59,424 bases of DNA from positions 1-59,424 of the forward strand of contig CAZNOK010000002.1 in assembly GCA_964574605.1 (NCBI GenBank), read 5' to 3'. This document shows positions 23,590-32,523 of the stretch, piece after piece (position 1 is the first letter of the stretch; each line of letters begins with the position of its first letter). The DNA is from an uncultured Verrucomicrobiota bacterium. GTDB taxonomy: Bacteria > Verrucomicrobiota > Verrucomicrobiia > Palsa-1439. A program made the translations under genes and the position numbers. The notes beneath the pieces were generated by a model. It saw nothing but the letters and a program-made list of their open reading frames with translations, did no database searches and was not told the DNA's origin.

Positions 23590-25419
23590 ATGCAACTCCT
23601 CATCATTCCCCTCCTCGCTGCGGTTGCCACCTCCTTGCTGACCGGTGTCACGGTGGAAGACCTTGGCGAACCGGCGCGCGTCCGTACACTGGCGTTACGA
23701 CACATCACGCGCGACCCCGACGGCCACGACATCGCGTGGGCCGCGTATGAAGCTGAGGACAAGCATGCGATCGTCGGCGTGCGGCTCGACAACGGCGACG
23801 TGATTTGGCTGGAGACGACGCGTTTTGGCCGCAGTCACATCCAGACGACCAAAGCCGCTGACGGAAACCTCTACGCCTACACTGGCAATCCCGGCCGCTT
23901 TCTGAAGTACGACGCGGTGAAACGCGAACTCGTGACGCTTGGCGTGCCGGCCAAGCCCGCGTCCTACTGGATTGGCAGCGCGGTCGGGCCGGACGGGCGT
24001 TTCTACGTCGGCACGTATCCGCAGACGGCGCTGGTTCGTTGCGACCCGCGCACGGGCAAGGTGGACAGCCTGGGCCGGCTCTCCGACGATCCCAAGGAAT
24101 GCTACATCATCCATCCGGCCATCAGCGACGACAACGTCGTCTATTGTCCCGTCGGCCTTCATCACCGCGAGTTATGGGCCGTGGACGCCGTCACCGGCAA
24201 GAAGAAACAGATTTTGCCAGCGGGACTTACGAAAGCCCAAGGCGCGCCGAGCGTGTGGGTCGCGGACGACGGCCAAGTGTATGGTCGCGCCGGCGGCACG
24301 ACGTTTCTCTGCCGGCGCGACGGAATCACGGTCGGCAAACCAAAACCGCCGCGTCGCCCGCCCAATCCGTTGCAAACCGGCGACAAGGTCATCAGCAACA
24401 TCGGCGAGGATGGCCGGATTAAGATCACCGACACAACAGCCAAGGCCGTTAGTTTCCTTCAGACGCGCTTCGAGGGATCGCCCCGGCAAATTTTCAGCGT
24501 CGGTTGCGAGCGCGACGGTTGTATTTATGGCGGCACCGTTTTCCCGGCGTTCTCGTTCCGCTACGACCCGCGCACCGGCGACATGACCAACTTCGGTATC
24601 CTCACCCGCGGTCCGATTCAGGTTTATGACGTCGTAAATCATTCGAAGGGGCTTTTCCTCAGCAGCTACATGAACGCCAGCGTGGACTTCTTCGATCCGT
24701 CCAAGCCCATTCGCAAACCGGACAACCCGCGCCACGTCGTCACGCTGCCCGGCCAGGAACGTCCCGTGCAGTTGACGCTCGGCCCTGACGGCATGATCTA
24801 CACCGGCACATTCCCCTCCAAAGGACGGCTTGGCGGCGCGTTGCTGCGGGTGAATCCCGATGATTTCTCCCACAAGACATGGACCAACGTCATCACCAAC
24901 CAGAGCCTCCACCGGCTCGTGAGTCTGCCGAAAACGGGAGAACTGCTCATCACCACGAGCATCAGCGGCGGTTCCTCCGCGATTCCCACCGAGAAGGAAG
25001 CCTGCATTTTCCTCTGGAACTGCAAACAAGAGAAGGCCGTCTTCACAGCGCATCCGCTGCCCGGCACCAAGAGCTACAGTGCCGCCCTGCGCGCCGCCAA
25101 CGGACTCGTGTATGGTCTTGGAAGCGGAAACAAGTTCTACGTCTTCGATCCGGTCGCACGCAAAACCGTTTTCACCGGTGTTCTTCCCGTCAAGGGCCTG
25201 CACTATCCGGAACTTGCCGACGAACCATTCGGCCCGCGCGGCCTGATCTACGGACTCGGTGAGGATGCCATCATTGCCATTGACCCTACCGACCACAGCG
25301 TCAAGGTGGTCGCGCGCGACCCGTCGTTGAAACGCACCCACGGCTTCTGCATCGCGCGGGATGAAATGCTTTACTTCAGTTCCGGTTCGCGCTTGATGCG
25401 CTGCCGGCTTCCACGGTAA
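23590..25419 (+). CDS. Secreted beta-propeller repeat protein (function unknown)
   Basis: Start chosen at MQLLIIPLLAAVATSLLTG, which is signal-like. Repeated blade-like segments (DGNLYAYTG, DGRFYVGTY, DNVVYCPVG, DGQVYGRAG, DGCIYGGT, DGMIYTGTF, NGLVYGLG). Confidence 0.55.
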   Translation: MQLLIIPLLAAVATSLLTGVTVEDLGEPARVRTLALRHITRDPDGHDIAWAAYEAEDKHAIVGVRLDNGDVIWLETTRFGRSHIQTTKAADGNLYAYTGNPGRFLKYDAVKRELVTLGVPAKPASYWIGSAVGPDGRFYVGTYPQTALVRCDPRTGKVDSLGRLSDDPKECYIIHPAISDDNVVYCPVGLHHRELWAVDAVTGKKKQILPAGLTKAQGAPSVWVADDGQVYGRAGGTTFLCRRDGITVGKPKPPRRPPNPLQTGDKVISNIGEDGRIKITDTTAKAVSFLQTRFEGSPRQIFSVGCERDGCIYGGTVFPAFSFRYDPRTGDMTNFGILTRGPIQVYDVVNHSKGLFLSSYMNASVDFFDPSKPIRKPDNPRHVVTLPGQERPVQLTLGPDGMIYTGTFPSKGRLGGALLRVNPDDFSHKTWTNVITNQSLHRLVSLPKTGELLITTSISGGSSAIPTEKEACIFLWNCKQEKAVFTAHPLPGTKSYSAALRAANGLVYGLGSGNKFYVFDPVARKTVFTGVLPVKGLHYPELADEPFGPRGLIYGLGEDAIIAIDPTDHSVKVVARDPSLKRTHGFCIARDEMLYFSSGSRLMRCRLPR

Positions 25420-25429
25420 GAACAAACAA

Positions 25430-26452
25430 ATGAAACACAGCGTCATTCTTTCCCTCACGCTCCTGCTGACTGCCACGGCGAACGCTGCGCCACTCGATGC
25501 CATTCGTCATTGCCGGGATTTTATCCGCAAAGCGCAATTGGACGACGGCGCGTTCCGGGTCACGATCAAGGATGATGCCGTGCGTATCTGGCCGTACTTT
25601 GGTAATGTCGGCGCTTGCGCGCTTCTCGCGGCTCACAAACTTGAACCGCAGCCTGACGATCTTGATCGCGTCCGTCGCTGGCTCGATTGGTATGCCGCAC
25701 ACATGCGCAACGACGGCACGATTCTCGACTTCTACGGCACCACTCGATCATACGCTCCGTCACCGAAACGCGATTCGATTGACGTTTACCCGCCCACCTA
25801 TCTCGCCGCGTTGTGGCGTTATCATCAGACACAAGCGGGCGGCATTCCCGTTGACGAGATGAAACGGCGCGCGGAGTTGTCACTGCACGCCATCGAACTC
25901 GCGCTCGATCCGTCCGACAACCTCACTTGGTCTTCCGTCCCGCATCGCTACAAGTATCCGATGGACAACATTGACGTCTGCATCGGCCTGGTCGAGGGAG
26001 CGCGATTGTTTGAGGCGCTTGGCGCACGCGAGCAGGCGAAGCGGTGTCGAGAGATTGTTGGGCGGACAAGCGCTGCGATCGCGAAATTCTGGCGTGCCGA
26101 CAAAGGATATTTCGCATGGACCAAGGGGAACTCGCCCAAGACACGGACTTTTGAGAACCCCTACCCCGACGGCGTCGTCAACATCTATCTCGCCGCGCAT
26201 ATTGATCCACCACAACCACGGCTGTGGGAGAATCTGCGTAGCAAGTTTGGAGCAGCGCCACGCATCACACCCGACCTCTGGCTTGCTGCCGCCCGCCGTA
26301 GCGGAACACCGGAACAGATCAAGTTCTACACCGAAGCCGCCATCCAGCGGGCCAGCAGCGATACTCTCGACCTCCAAATCGCATCACGTCTTTTACTTGC
26401 GTTAGCCGGCCAAACGACTGAACCTACAATCATCCCTTTGCCGCTTCCATGA
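25430..26452 (+). CDS. Secreted hypothetical protein (alpha/alpha-toroid / prenyltransferase-like repeat guess)
   Basis: Signal peptide MKHSVILSLTLLLTATANA. CRDFIRKAQLDDGAFRV resembles terpenoid-cyclase/prenyltransferase-type repeats. This is a weak call. Confidence 0.4.
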   Translation: MKHSVILSLTLLLTATANAAPLDAIRHCRDFIRKAQLDDGAFRVTIKDDAVRIWPYFGNVGACALLAAHKLEPQPDDLDRVRRWLDWYAAHMRNDGTILDFYGTTRSYAPSPKRDSIDVYPPTYLAALWRYHQTQAGGIPVDEMKRRAELSLHAIELALDPSDNLTWSSVPHRYKYPMDNIDVCIGLVEGARLFEALGAREQAKRCREIVGRTSAAIAKFWRADKGYFAWTKGNSPKTRTFENPYPDGVVNIYLAAHIDPPQPRLWENLRSKFGAAPRITPDLWLAAARRSGTPEQIKFYTEAAIQRASSDTLDLQIASRLLLALAGQTTEPTIIPLPLP

Positions 26453-26483
26453 ACGCCAACGACAAAACGGTTGGAGATAAAAC

Positions 26484-27869
26484 ATGAAACTGTCTCTCTG
26501 TATTTTTCTGGTCGTCGCTCACGCGGCATTCGCTCAAACGTTGGATCGCAGCCTGTCATCGTTCGGCGTTGTCGGTGACGGCAAGGCGGACGACACGGTG
26601 GCGATGCAGAAGGCCGTGGACAGCGGCATCGGCTCGGTGCGGTTCCTGCGCGGCACCTACCGGCTCACGCGCACGGTGATCATCGAACTCGACAGGACCG
26701 GCTTCACCTCGCTCGTTGGCGATGGCACGGTGTCCATTGTGATGGCGGGTGCAGGTCCGGCGTTCAAGTTCGTCGGCACACACAAAGGAACGGCAGACCC
26801 GAAAAGCGTCAAGCCAAACGTCTGGGAGCGCCAACGCACACCGATGGTGGATGGCCTCGAAATCGTCGGCGCACACCCCGAAGCCGATGGCATTGAGGTA
26901 ACAGGGACGATGCAGTTGACGATTACGCGAGTGACCGTGCGCGAAGCGCGTCATGGCATCCACCTCACCACGCGCAATCGTAACGTCATCATCAGCGATT
27001 GCCACATCTACAACAACAGCGGCATCGGCGTGTTCTACGACAACGTTGATCTGCACCAGTCGAACATCATCGGCTGCCACATCAGTTACAACGCCGGCGG
27101 CGGGGTCGTGTCGCTCGGCGGCGGCGTGCGCAACCTGCAGATCGGTACGTGCGACATCGAAGCCAACATGTCCACCAACACTCCCCCGACCGCGAACGTC
27201 CTGCTCGATTGCACCGGCGGTTCCATCGCCGAGGTGGCGATTGTCGGTTGCACGTTGCAGCACACCGGCACCACCCCCGGCTCCGCCAACATTGTCTTCT
27301 TCGGCAAAGGCAAGGACGAGAAGACCCAGTGGGGCCATCTCACGATTGCCGACAACATCCTCAGCGACGTGCGCGTGAACATCCACGTCCGCCACGCGCG
27401 CGGTGTCGTCATCAGCGGCAACAGTTTCGGAGTCGCCTACGAGCACGATCTGTTGGTCGAGGACAGCAGCAACGTGGTCGTCGGCCCGAACAGCTTCGAC
27501 CGCAATCCGCGCTATTTTCTCGGCGAAGCGGCGAAGGCCAACGGCGGCATCATCTTCACCAACTGCGCGGACTGCACCTTGAGCGGCCTCCGCGTCAACG
27601 GCGTCCTGCGCAAACCCGCCGCCGTGCTGCTGGAGAAGTGCAGCGGCTTCAACGTTGGCAATTGCACCATCCTCGACAGCGATGGTCCCGGCCTGCTTCT
27701 TCGCGATGTCACCGGCAGCATGGTCACCGGCTGTTTGATCCGCGATAGCCGCGCGGAACGAAAACCGGCGCCGTCGTTGCGCATCGAAGGCGGGAAAGAC
27801 AACTCGATCACCAACAACTCGCTCGCACATGGAAGTGAATCGCCAGCGGCTCCCCCGAAGAAACCATGA
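26484..27869 (+). CDS. Secreted pectate-lyase-superfamily beta-helix protein (GH28-related N-terminal module)
   Basis: Signal peptide. FGVVGDGKADDTVAMQKAVDSG is the typical Pectate_lyase_3-type N-terminus. Multiple beta-helix rungs are present (VIISDCHIYNN, IIGCHISYN, LQIGTCDIE, VAIVGCTLQH, VISGNSF, TLSGLRVNG, NVGNCTILD). Confidence 0.7.
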   Translation: MKLSLCIFLVVAHAAFAQTLDRSLSSFGVVGDGKADDTVAMQKAVDSGIGSVRFLRGTYRLTRTVIIELDRTGFTSLVGDGTVSIVMAGAGPAFKFVGTHKGTADPKSVKPNVWERQRTPMVDGLEIVGAHPEADGIEVTGTMQLTITRVTVREARHGIHLTTRNRNVIISDCHIYNNSGIGVFYDNVDLHQSNIIGCHISYNAGGGVVSLGGGVRNLQIGTCDIEANMSTNTPPTANVLLDCTGGSIAEVAIVGCTLQHTGTTPGSANIVFFGKGKDEKTQWGHLTIADNILSDVRVNIHVRHARGVVISGNSFGVAYEHDLLVEDSSNVVVGPNSFDRNPRYFLGEAAKANGGIIFTNCADCTLSGLRVNGVLRKPAAVLLEKCSGFNVGNCTILDSDGPGLLLRDVTGSMVTGCLIRDSRAERKPAPSLRIEGGKDNSITNNSLAHGSESPAAPPKKP

Positions 27870-29461
27870 ACCTCAAGTTGCCGGTCATTTGTATCCTGAC
27901 TGTTTGTGCGCGGTTGCCGGCCGCCGAGTCCGGACTGATGCAGAACTTTGATGGCGACCTTTCTTTCACCGGAACAAAACCGGAACAATCGCAGGCCAGA
28001 TTACAGCAACTCATTGATGACGTCGCACGTGGCCCGGTGAAGACACTCATGTATTCCATCGGCGCGGGTTCTGACATTCTCTACTATCCGACCAAGGTCG
28101 CCAGCACTTGGGGTTGGCGTCACACAAAGTACAGCGACGATCCAAAATGGAAGACACGAATTGAGCGATGCCGCGCCGCGACAGAGGCGGGCCTCGATGC
28201 TCCGCGCATCGTCGGCCAGAGGGCGCGCGAACGTGGCCTGAAATTCTTTCCCTCCTATCGGATGAACGATGCCCATTTCACCAGCGATCCACTAAATTAT
28301 CCGCTCACCGGACGGTTTTGGATGGAACATCAAGACGCGACCATCGGCAAATCCCCCATCGCGGGTTACGACGGTTATCGGCATCTGCTCAACTTCGCGC
28401 GTGACGAGGTGCGAGCGTACCGACTCGCCGTGATCTTCGAAGCCTGCGACCGATACGCTGACCTGATGGACGGCTTCGAACTCGACTTCAACCGCTTCCA
28501 AGTGTTCTTTCCACCCGGAGAGGCGCAAAAGAACGCTCATTTGATCACCGACATGGTAAGACAAGTCCGTGAACGCCTCAACGCCATCGCTTCCAAGCAA
28601 GGCCGCTCAATGACGCTTGTGGTGCGCGTGCCGCCTGCAATGAAGAACTGCGCATGGTCCGGCCTCGATGTCAGCGAGTGGATGGCGAAGCGGCTGGTGG
28701 ACGTGGTAATCCCAGCACAAGTGATGACACTCGCACACGATATGCCTCTGGATGAGTTTGTGCGTCTTGCGAAGCCAGTCGGGATCCAAGTGGTTGGTTC
28801 GATATATGGTCGCGCTGGCTATAACTGGCCGTTCACTGACGACCACTGTATCGCTACCTATTCAAAGCCCGTCACACGCGATCCTGATACCGCGCAAGTT
28901 CACGGTGCGATGTTGAACCAGCAATACCTCGGTGCAATTGGTTTTCAGTTTTATAACTTCAACGTCATTGACCAGCCCCTCCTTTTCCGTGACCGCCGGT
29001 ACCAAGTCACACAAAGTTACTACCACGACTGCGAGGACAGCTACGAATACCGCAAACAACTACCGGTCAGTTTGAAGCCTAACGAACCGGCAACACTTCG
29101 TCTGCTCATCGGCGAGGACTTGGCAAAAGTGACCCCTGCTCCACGCTACGCCGCCCTGCGCCTCGGTCTTTATGGAGCCAACCGCGCCTATACCGGCGTG
29201 GCCATGACCGTTAACATCAACGGCCATCGTCTTCACAGCGGCGCCACCACCAAATATCTCGTCGTCACTACAGGCACAAGACACGGCAACGGCTCGCATC
29301 CGCCGCCCACGGAAGCTTACCTGCAATGGCCGGCTGCCGATCTGGGATGGTTGAACGCTGGCTGGAACACAGTCGAAGTGATTCTCACAGCCAACCCCAC
29401 AGGCAAACCACTGCAACTTGTCGAGGCGGAAGTCGGTGTCCTCACCAGCACAAGCCCATAA
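27866..29461 (+). CDS. Secreted hypothetical protein (TIM-barrel glycoside-hydrolase-like guess)
   Basis: ATGA overlap with the upstream gene. Signal peptide MNLKLPVICILTVCARLPAAES. No motif that I can name securely. Confidence 0.45.
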   Translation: MNLKLPVICILTVCARLPAAESGLMQNFDGDLSFTGTKPEQSQARLQQLIDDVARGPVKTLMYSIGAGSDILYYPTKVASTWGWRHTKYSDDPKWKTRIERCRAATEAGLDAPRIVGQRARERGLKFFPSYRMNDAHFTSDPLNYPLTGRFWMEHQDATIGKSPIAGYDGYRHLLNFARDEVRAYRLAVIFEACDRYADLMDGFELDFNRFQVFFPPGEAQKNAHLITDMVRQVRERLNAIASKQGRSMTLVVRVPPAMKNCAWSGLDVSEWMAKRLVDVVIPAQVMTLAHDMPLDEFVRLAKPVGIQVVGSIYGRAGYNWPFTDDHCIATYSKPVTRDPDTAQVHGAMLNQQYLGAIGFQFYNFNVIDQPLLFRDRRYQVTQSYYHDCEDSYEYRKQLPVSLKPNEPATLRLLIGEDLAKVTPAPRYAALRLGLYGANRAYTGVAMTVNINGHRLHSGATTKYLVVTTGTRHGNGSHPPPTEAYLQWPAADLGWLNAGWNTVEVILTANPTGKPLQLVEAEVGVLTSTSP

Positions 29462-29471
29462 CAGGAGAACC

Positions 29472-30890
29472 ATGAAAACGAACCGAAGAGATTTCATCAA
29501 GACAACCACCTTGACCGGCTTGGCTCTTGTCGGCGGCTGCGCGCCTCCGCAAGCGAAGAATGATGCCGCCGGGATGAGCACGCGGTTGCAGAAGGCCCAC
29601 GTCCAGCGGTTCAACATGTCGGGTTTCGCTGCGCCTCCGCTGGAAAGGATACGAGTTGCCATCATCGGCCTCGGCCAGCGCGGCCCGGCGCACCTGAACA
29701 TTCTGCGTCATATCGAAGGCGTCGAGATCAAAGCGCTCTGCGATATCCGCCCCGAAAAGGCGGCGGCGGCCACGAAACGTCTGGACGGCACACCGCACAA
29801 CCCGACGATCTTCACCGGCCTAGAAGATTGGAAGAAGGTTTGCGAGCGTGACGACGTTGACTTGGTCTATGTGACAACGCCTTGGTACCTGCACGCGGCG
29901 ATGTCCGTCTATGCCATGAACCACGGCAAACACGTGGCCTCCGAGGTGCCGGCAGCGGGGACCATCGAGGAGTGCTGGCAGTTGGTGGAGACCGCCGAGC
30001 GGACACGGAAGCATTGCATGATGATGGAGAACGACTGCTACATGGACTTTCAGATCATGACGCTGAACATGGCCCGGCAAGGGTTCTTCGGCGAGGTCGT
30101 GCACGCCGACTGCGCCTACAACACCAGCAAGATGAAGAACAACTTTAACAAAAACATGTACTGGGACATGTGGTGGCTCAAGCTGTACGGCTCGAAACGC
30201 GGGAACATCTATCCGACACACGGTCTCGGTCCGGTCGCGCAGGTGATGAACATCAACCGGGGCGACAAGTTCGAGTTCCTCGTGTCCGTCGAGAGCAACG
30301 ACTTCATGATGCAGGCAAAAGCGAAGGAGCTTGCTGCCACGGATGATTTCTTCAAGCCGTTTGCTGAAAAGACCTATCGCGGCAACATGAGTCTCACCAC
30401 CATCCGGACCACGATGGGACGCACCATCATGCTTCAGCACGATGCCACGTCGCCATCGCCGCACAACGTCATTCACGGCATCTACGGAACCAAAGGCGCT
30501 GCGCTCTACGATCCGCAGCCGCCGAGGCTTGCTACGGGCAACCACAAGTGGGTGTCCGAGCAGGAATACAAGGCATTAGTGGAAAAATACACGCCGACAA
30601 TCACTCGAAAGATGAGCGAACTCGCCGGCCAGATGAAAGCTGGTCATGGCGGCAGCGACCTGTTGGAGGACTGGCACCTGATTGCTTGCCTCCGCAACGG
30701 CCTGCCGCTCGATCAGGACGTTTACGATGCGGCAGCGTGGAGCGCGATTGTCCCGTTGAGCCAATGGTCGGTTCTCAACCGCTCGAATTCCATTGACGCG
30801 CCCGACTTCACCGTGGGAGCGTGGAAGACGAACAAGCCTAATATGGACATCAACCTCGAACGAGGAGCAAACACCAAAGTAGTGGTCTAA
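29472..30890 (+). CDS. Tat-signal Gfo/Idh/MocA oxidoreductase, GH109-like (NAD-dependent glycosidase family)
   Basis: AGGAG at 29463-29467 precedes the ATG at 29472. Leader MKTNRRDFIKTTTLTGLALVGGC. Rossmann motif RVAIIGLGQRGPAHL. The GH109-style core is VYVTTPWYLHAAMSVYAMNHGKHVASEVPAAGTIEECWQLVETAERTRKHCMMMENDCY. Confidence 0.8.
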   Translation: MKTNRRDFIKTTTLTGLALVGGCAPPQAKNDAAGMSTRLQKAHVQRFNMSGFAAPPLERIRVAIIGLGQRGPAHLNILRHIEGVEIKALCDIRPEKAAAATKRLDGTPHNPTIFTGLEDWKKVCERDDVDLVYVTTPWYLHAAMSVYAMNHGKHVASEVPAAGTIEECWQLVETAERTRKHCMMMENDCYMDFQIMTLNMARQGFFGEVVHADCAYNTSKMKNNFNKNMYWDMWWLKLYGSKRGNIYPTHGLGPVAQVMNINRGDKFEFLVSVESNDFMMQAKAKELAATDDFFKPFAEKTYRGNMSLTTIRTTMGRTIMLQHDATSPSPHNVIHGIYGTKGAALYDPQPPRLATGNHKWVSEQEYKALVEKYTPTITRKMSELAGQMKAGHGGSDLLEDWHLIACLRNGLPLDQDVYDAAAWSAIVPLSQWSVLNRSNSIDAPDFTVGAWKTNKPNMDINLERGANTKVVV

Positions 30891-30894
30891 CCTT

Positions 30895-32523
30895 ATGAAG
30901 CATGTCCTGGTTGCCCTGTTGTTGATTCCACTGACCGCGGTGCATGCTGACGGACGCACCATTCTGTTCGTGGATGACGAAGACGTGCTCTATCGCTCCG
31001 GCACGAGGAAGGACATCGCGCCGCTGCGGAAATTCGAGGGTAACCCGGTCGTCGCGCCAGACAAACCGTGGGAAGGCATGATTGGTTGGGTGAGCGTTTA
31101 TCGGAATCCCGCAACGGGGAAATGCCAGATGTGGTATCAGGCGTATAACGAGAAGCGCACCGAGGATAAACGCCTCAGATGTGTGGTTGCCTATGCGGAA
31201 TCTGCTGATGGGAAATCCTGGGTGAAGCCCAATCTGGGACTGTTCCCGTATTACGAGTGTGAGGAAACGAACATCGTGTTGATCGGCGCGCCGAATGCGT
31301 ACGGCGACCGCTACGGCAATTCGGTCCTTGTGGACTCTCGCGACACGGACCCGTCTCGGCGTTACAAGATGGTTTATTACGACTGGGAGCCGGATGATGA
31401 ACGAAACCTCGGGGCTGGCACGCACGTGGCGTTTTCACCAGACGGCATTCATTGGACCAAACACAAAGGCATTGTGCAAAAGACTTCGTTCGGAGCCAAA
31501 GGCAAACAAGTTCCTTTTGCCGGCGAGAGCGTCTATGTCGAAACCCCGGGAAAGAACGGCAAACCTCGCAGGAGCTGGCTGGTGCCGTTGTCCATGTCCG
31601 ACGCGCAGGACGTGTTCTATGATGACTTGAAGGGGTGTTATGTCAGCTACGGAAAGATGTGGATGCAGGGGCCGGATGGTGGCACGCATTGGAAGCATGG
31701 CATGGGTCGCGCGGAGAGCCGGGATTTTATCCACTGGTCGAAGCCGCAATTCATCCTCTGCGTGAACGACAACGATCCGCCGCAGATTGAGTTCCACACG
31801 TCGCCGGTGTTTCTTTACAACAGACAGTACTTCTCGCTGAATCAGATTCTCAACCGTTCCGCCGGCGTCATGGACATCGAGTTGATGAGCAGCCGGGACG
31901 GTTTCACGTGGAATCGTCCTTACGCCGGCATTCACTTTCTGGAGCGGGGCAAGGGCGCCGTCTTTGATGCGGCGACGCTGTTGAGCAACGGCACACCGTT
32001 CTTTGTCGGTGATGAGATTTGGTTCTATTACGGCGGCTATCGAGGCACAGCCATCGGGGGCGTCGGGCTCGATCAGCAGGTCATCGGCACGAAGGATTAC
32101 TTCAGCGGCATTGGGCTGGCGGTGATGAGAAAGGATCGCTTTGTTGCCGTGGTCCCCGATCCGAGAATCAGCCTGCGCAACAGCCTCAAGGTGTCGCGCG
32201 ACACCGTCGGCAAGGAAGCGCCGAAGCTCACGAAGCCAAACATCATCGGCCAAGTCACGTTGCGTCCGCTCGACTTGAGCAACGTCCGCACGATCACGAT
32301 CAACGCCGATGCCACAAAGGGCAAGATCGCTGTCGAGCTGCTGAACGAGGATGGATTCCGAGTGCGGGGGTTCTCCAAGGACGACGCCGTCCCGGTGACG
32401 GGCGATTCGCTTGCCGCCGTGGTCGCGTGGAAGGAGAAGAACCTCGGCCAGTTGAAGCCGGGCCGTTACATGCTGCGCGTCCACCTCGACAACGCCAAAC
32501 TCTTTGCCATCACACTCCAATGA
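30895..32523 (+). CDS. Secreted putative glycoside hydrolase (beta-propeller, GH32/43-clan-like guess), paralog 1
   Basis: Signal peptide MKHVLVALLLIPLTAVHA. The body aligns by eye with the next gene along its full length (ILFVDDEDVLYRSGT..., MWYQAY..., VVAYAES.DG..WVKP, AFSPDGIHW.K, RYMLRVHL..A.LFAITL). Confidence 0.5.
   Translation: MKHVLVALLLIPLTAVHADGRTILFVDDEDVLYRSGTRKDIAPLRKFEGNPVVAPDKPWEGMIGWVSVYRNPATGKCQMWYQAYNEKRTEDKRLRCVVAYAESADGKSWVKPNLGLFPYYECEETNIVLIGAPNAYGDRYGNSVLVDSRDTDPSRRYKMVYYDWEPDDERNLGAGTHVAFSPDGIHWTKHKGIVQKTSFGAKGKQVPFAGESVYVETPGKNGKPRRSWLVPLSMSDAQDVFYDDLKGCYVSYGKMWMQGPDGGTHWKHGMGRAESRDFIHWSKPQFILCVNDNDPPQIEFHTSPVFLYNRQYFSLNQILNRSAGVMDIELMSSRDGFTWNRPYAGIHFLERGKGAVFDAATLLSNGTPFFVGDEIWFYYGGYRGTAIGGVGLDQQVIGTKDYFSGIGLAVMRKDRFVAVVPDPRISLRNSLKVSRDTVGKEAPKLTKPNIIGQVTLRPLDLSNVRTITINADATKGKIAVELLNEDGFRVRGFSKDDAVPVTGDSLAAVVAWKEKNLGQLKPGRYMLRVHLDNAKLFAITLQ

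Noticed and set aside
32019-32519. N-terminal extensions of ORF-track entries: 6211, 8286, 10309, 23542, 29418, 32019, 37392, 46607 and 48370 as start points.
   Set aside because: The extensions overlap the preceding gene in another frame and are Arg/Pro-rich. In each case an internal start is immediately followed by a signal or Tat peptide. Eight of the nine sit at or beside the upstream stop (an ATGA/GTGA overlap or a gap of a few nt), and the ninth (29472) follows an AGGAG RBS.
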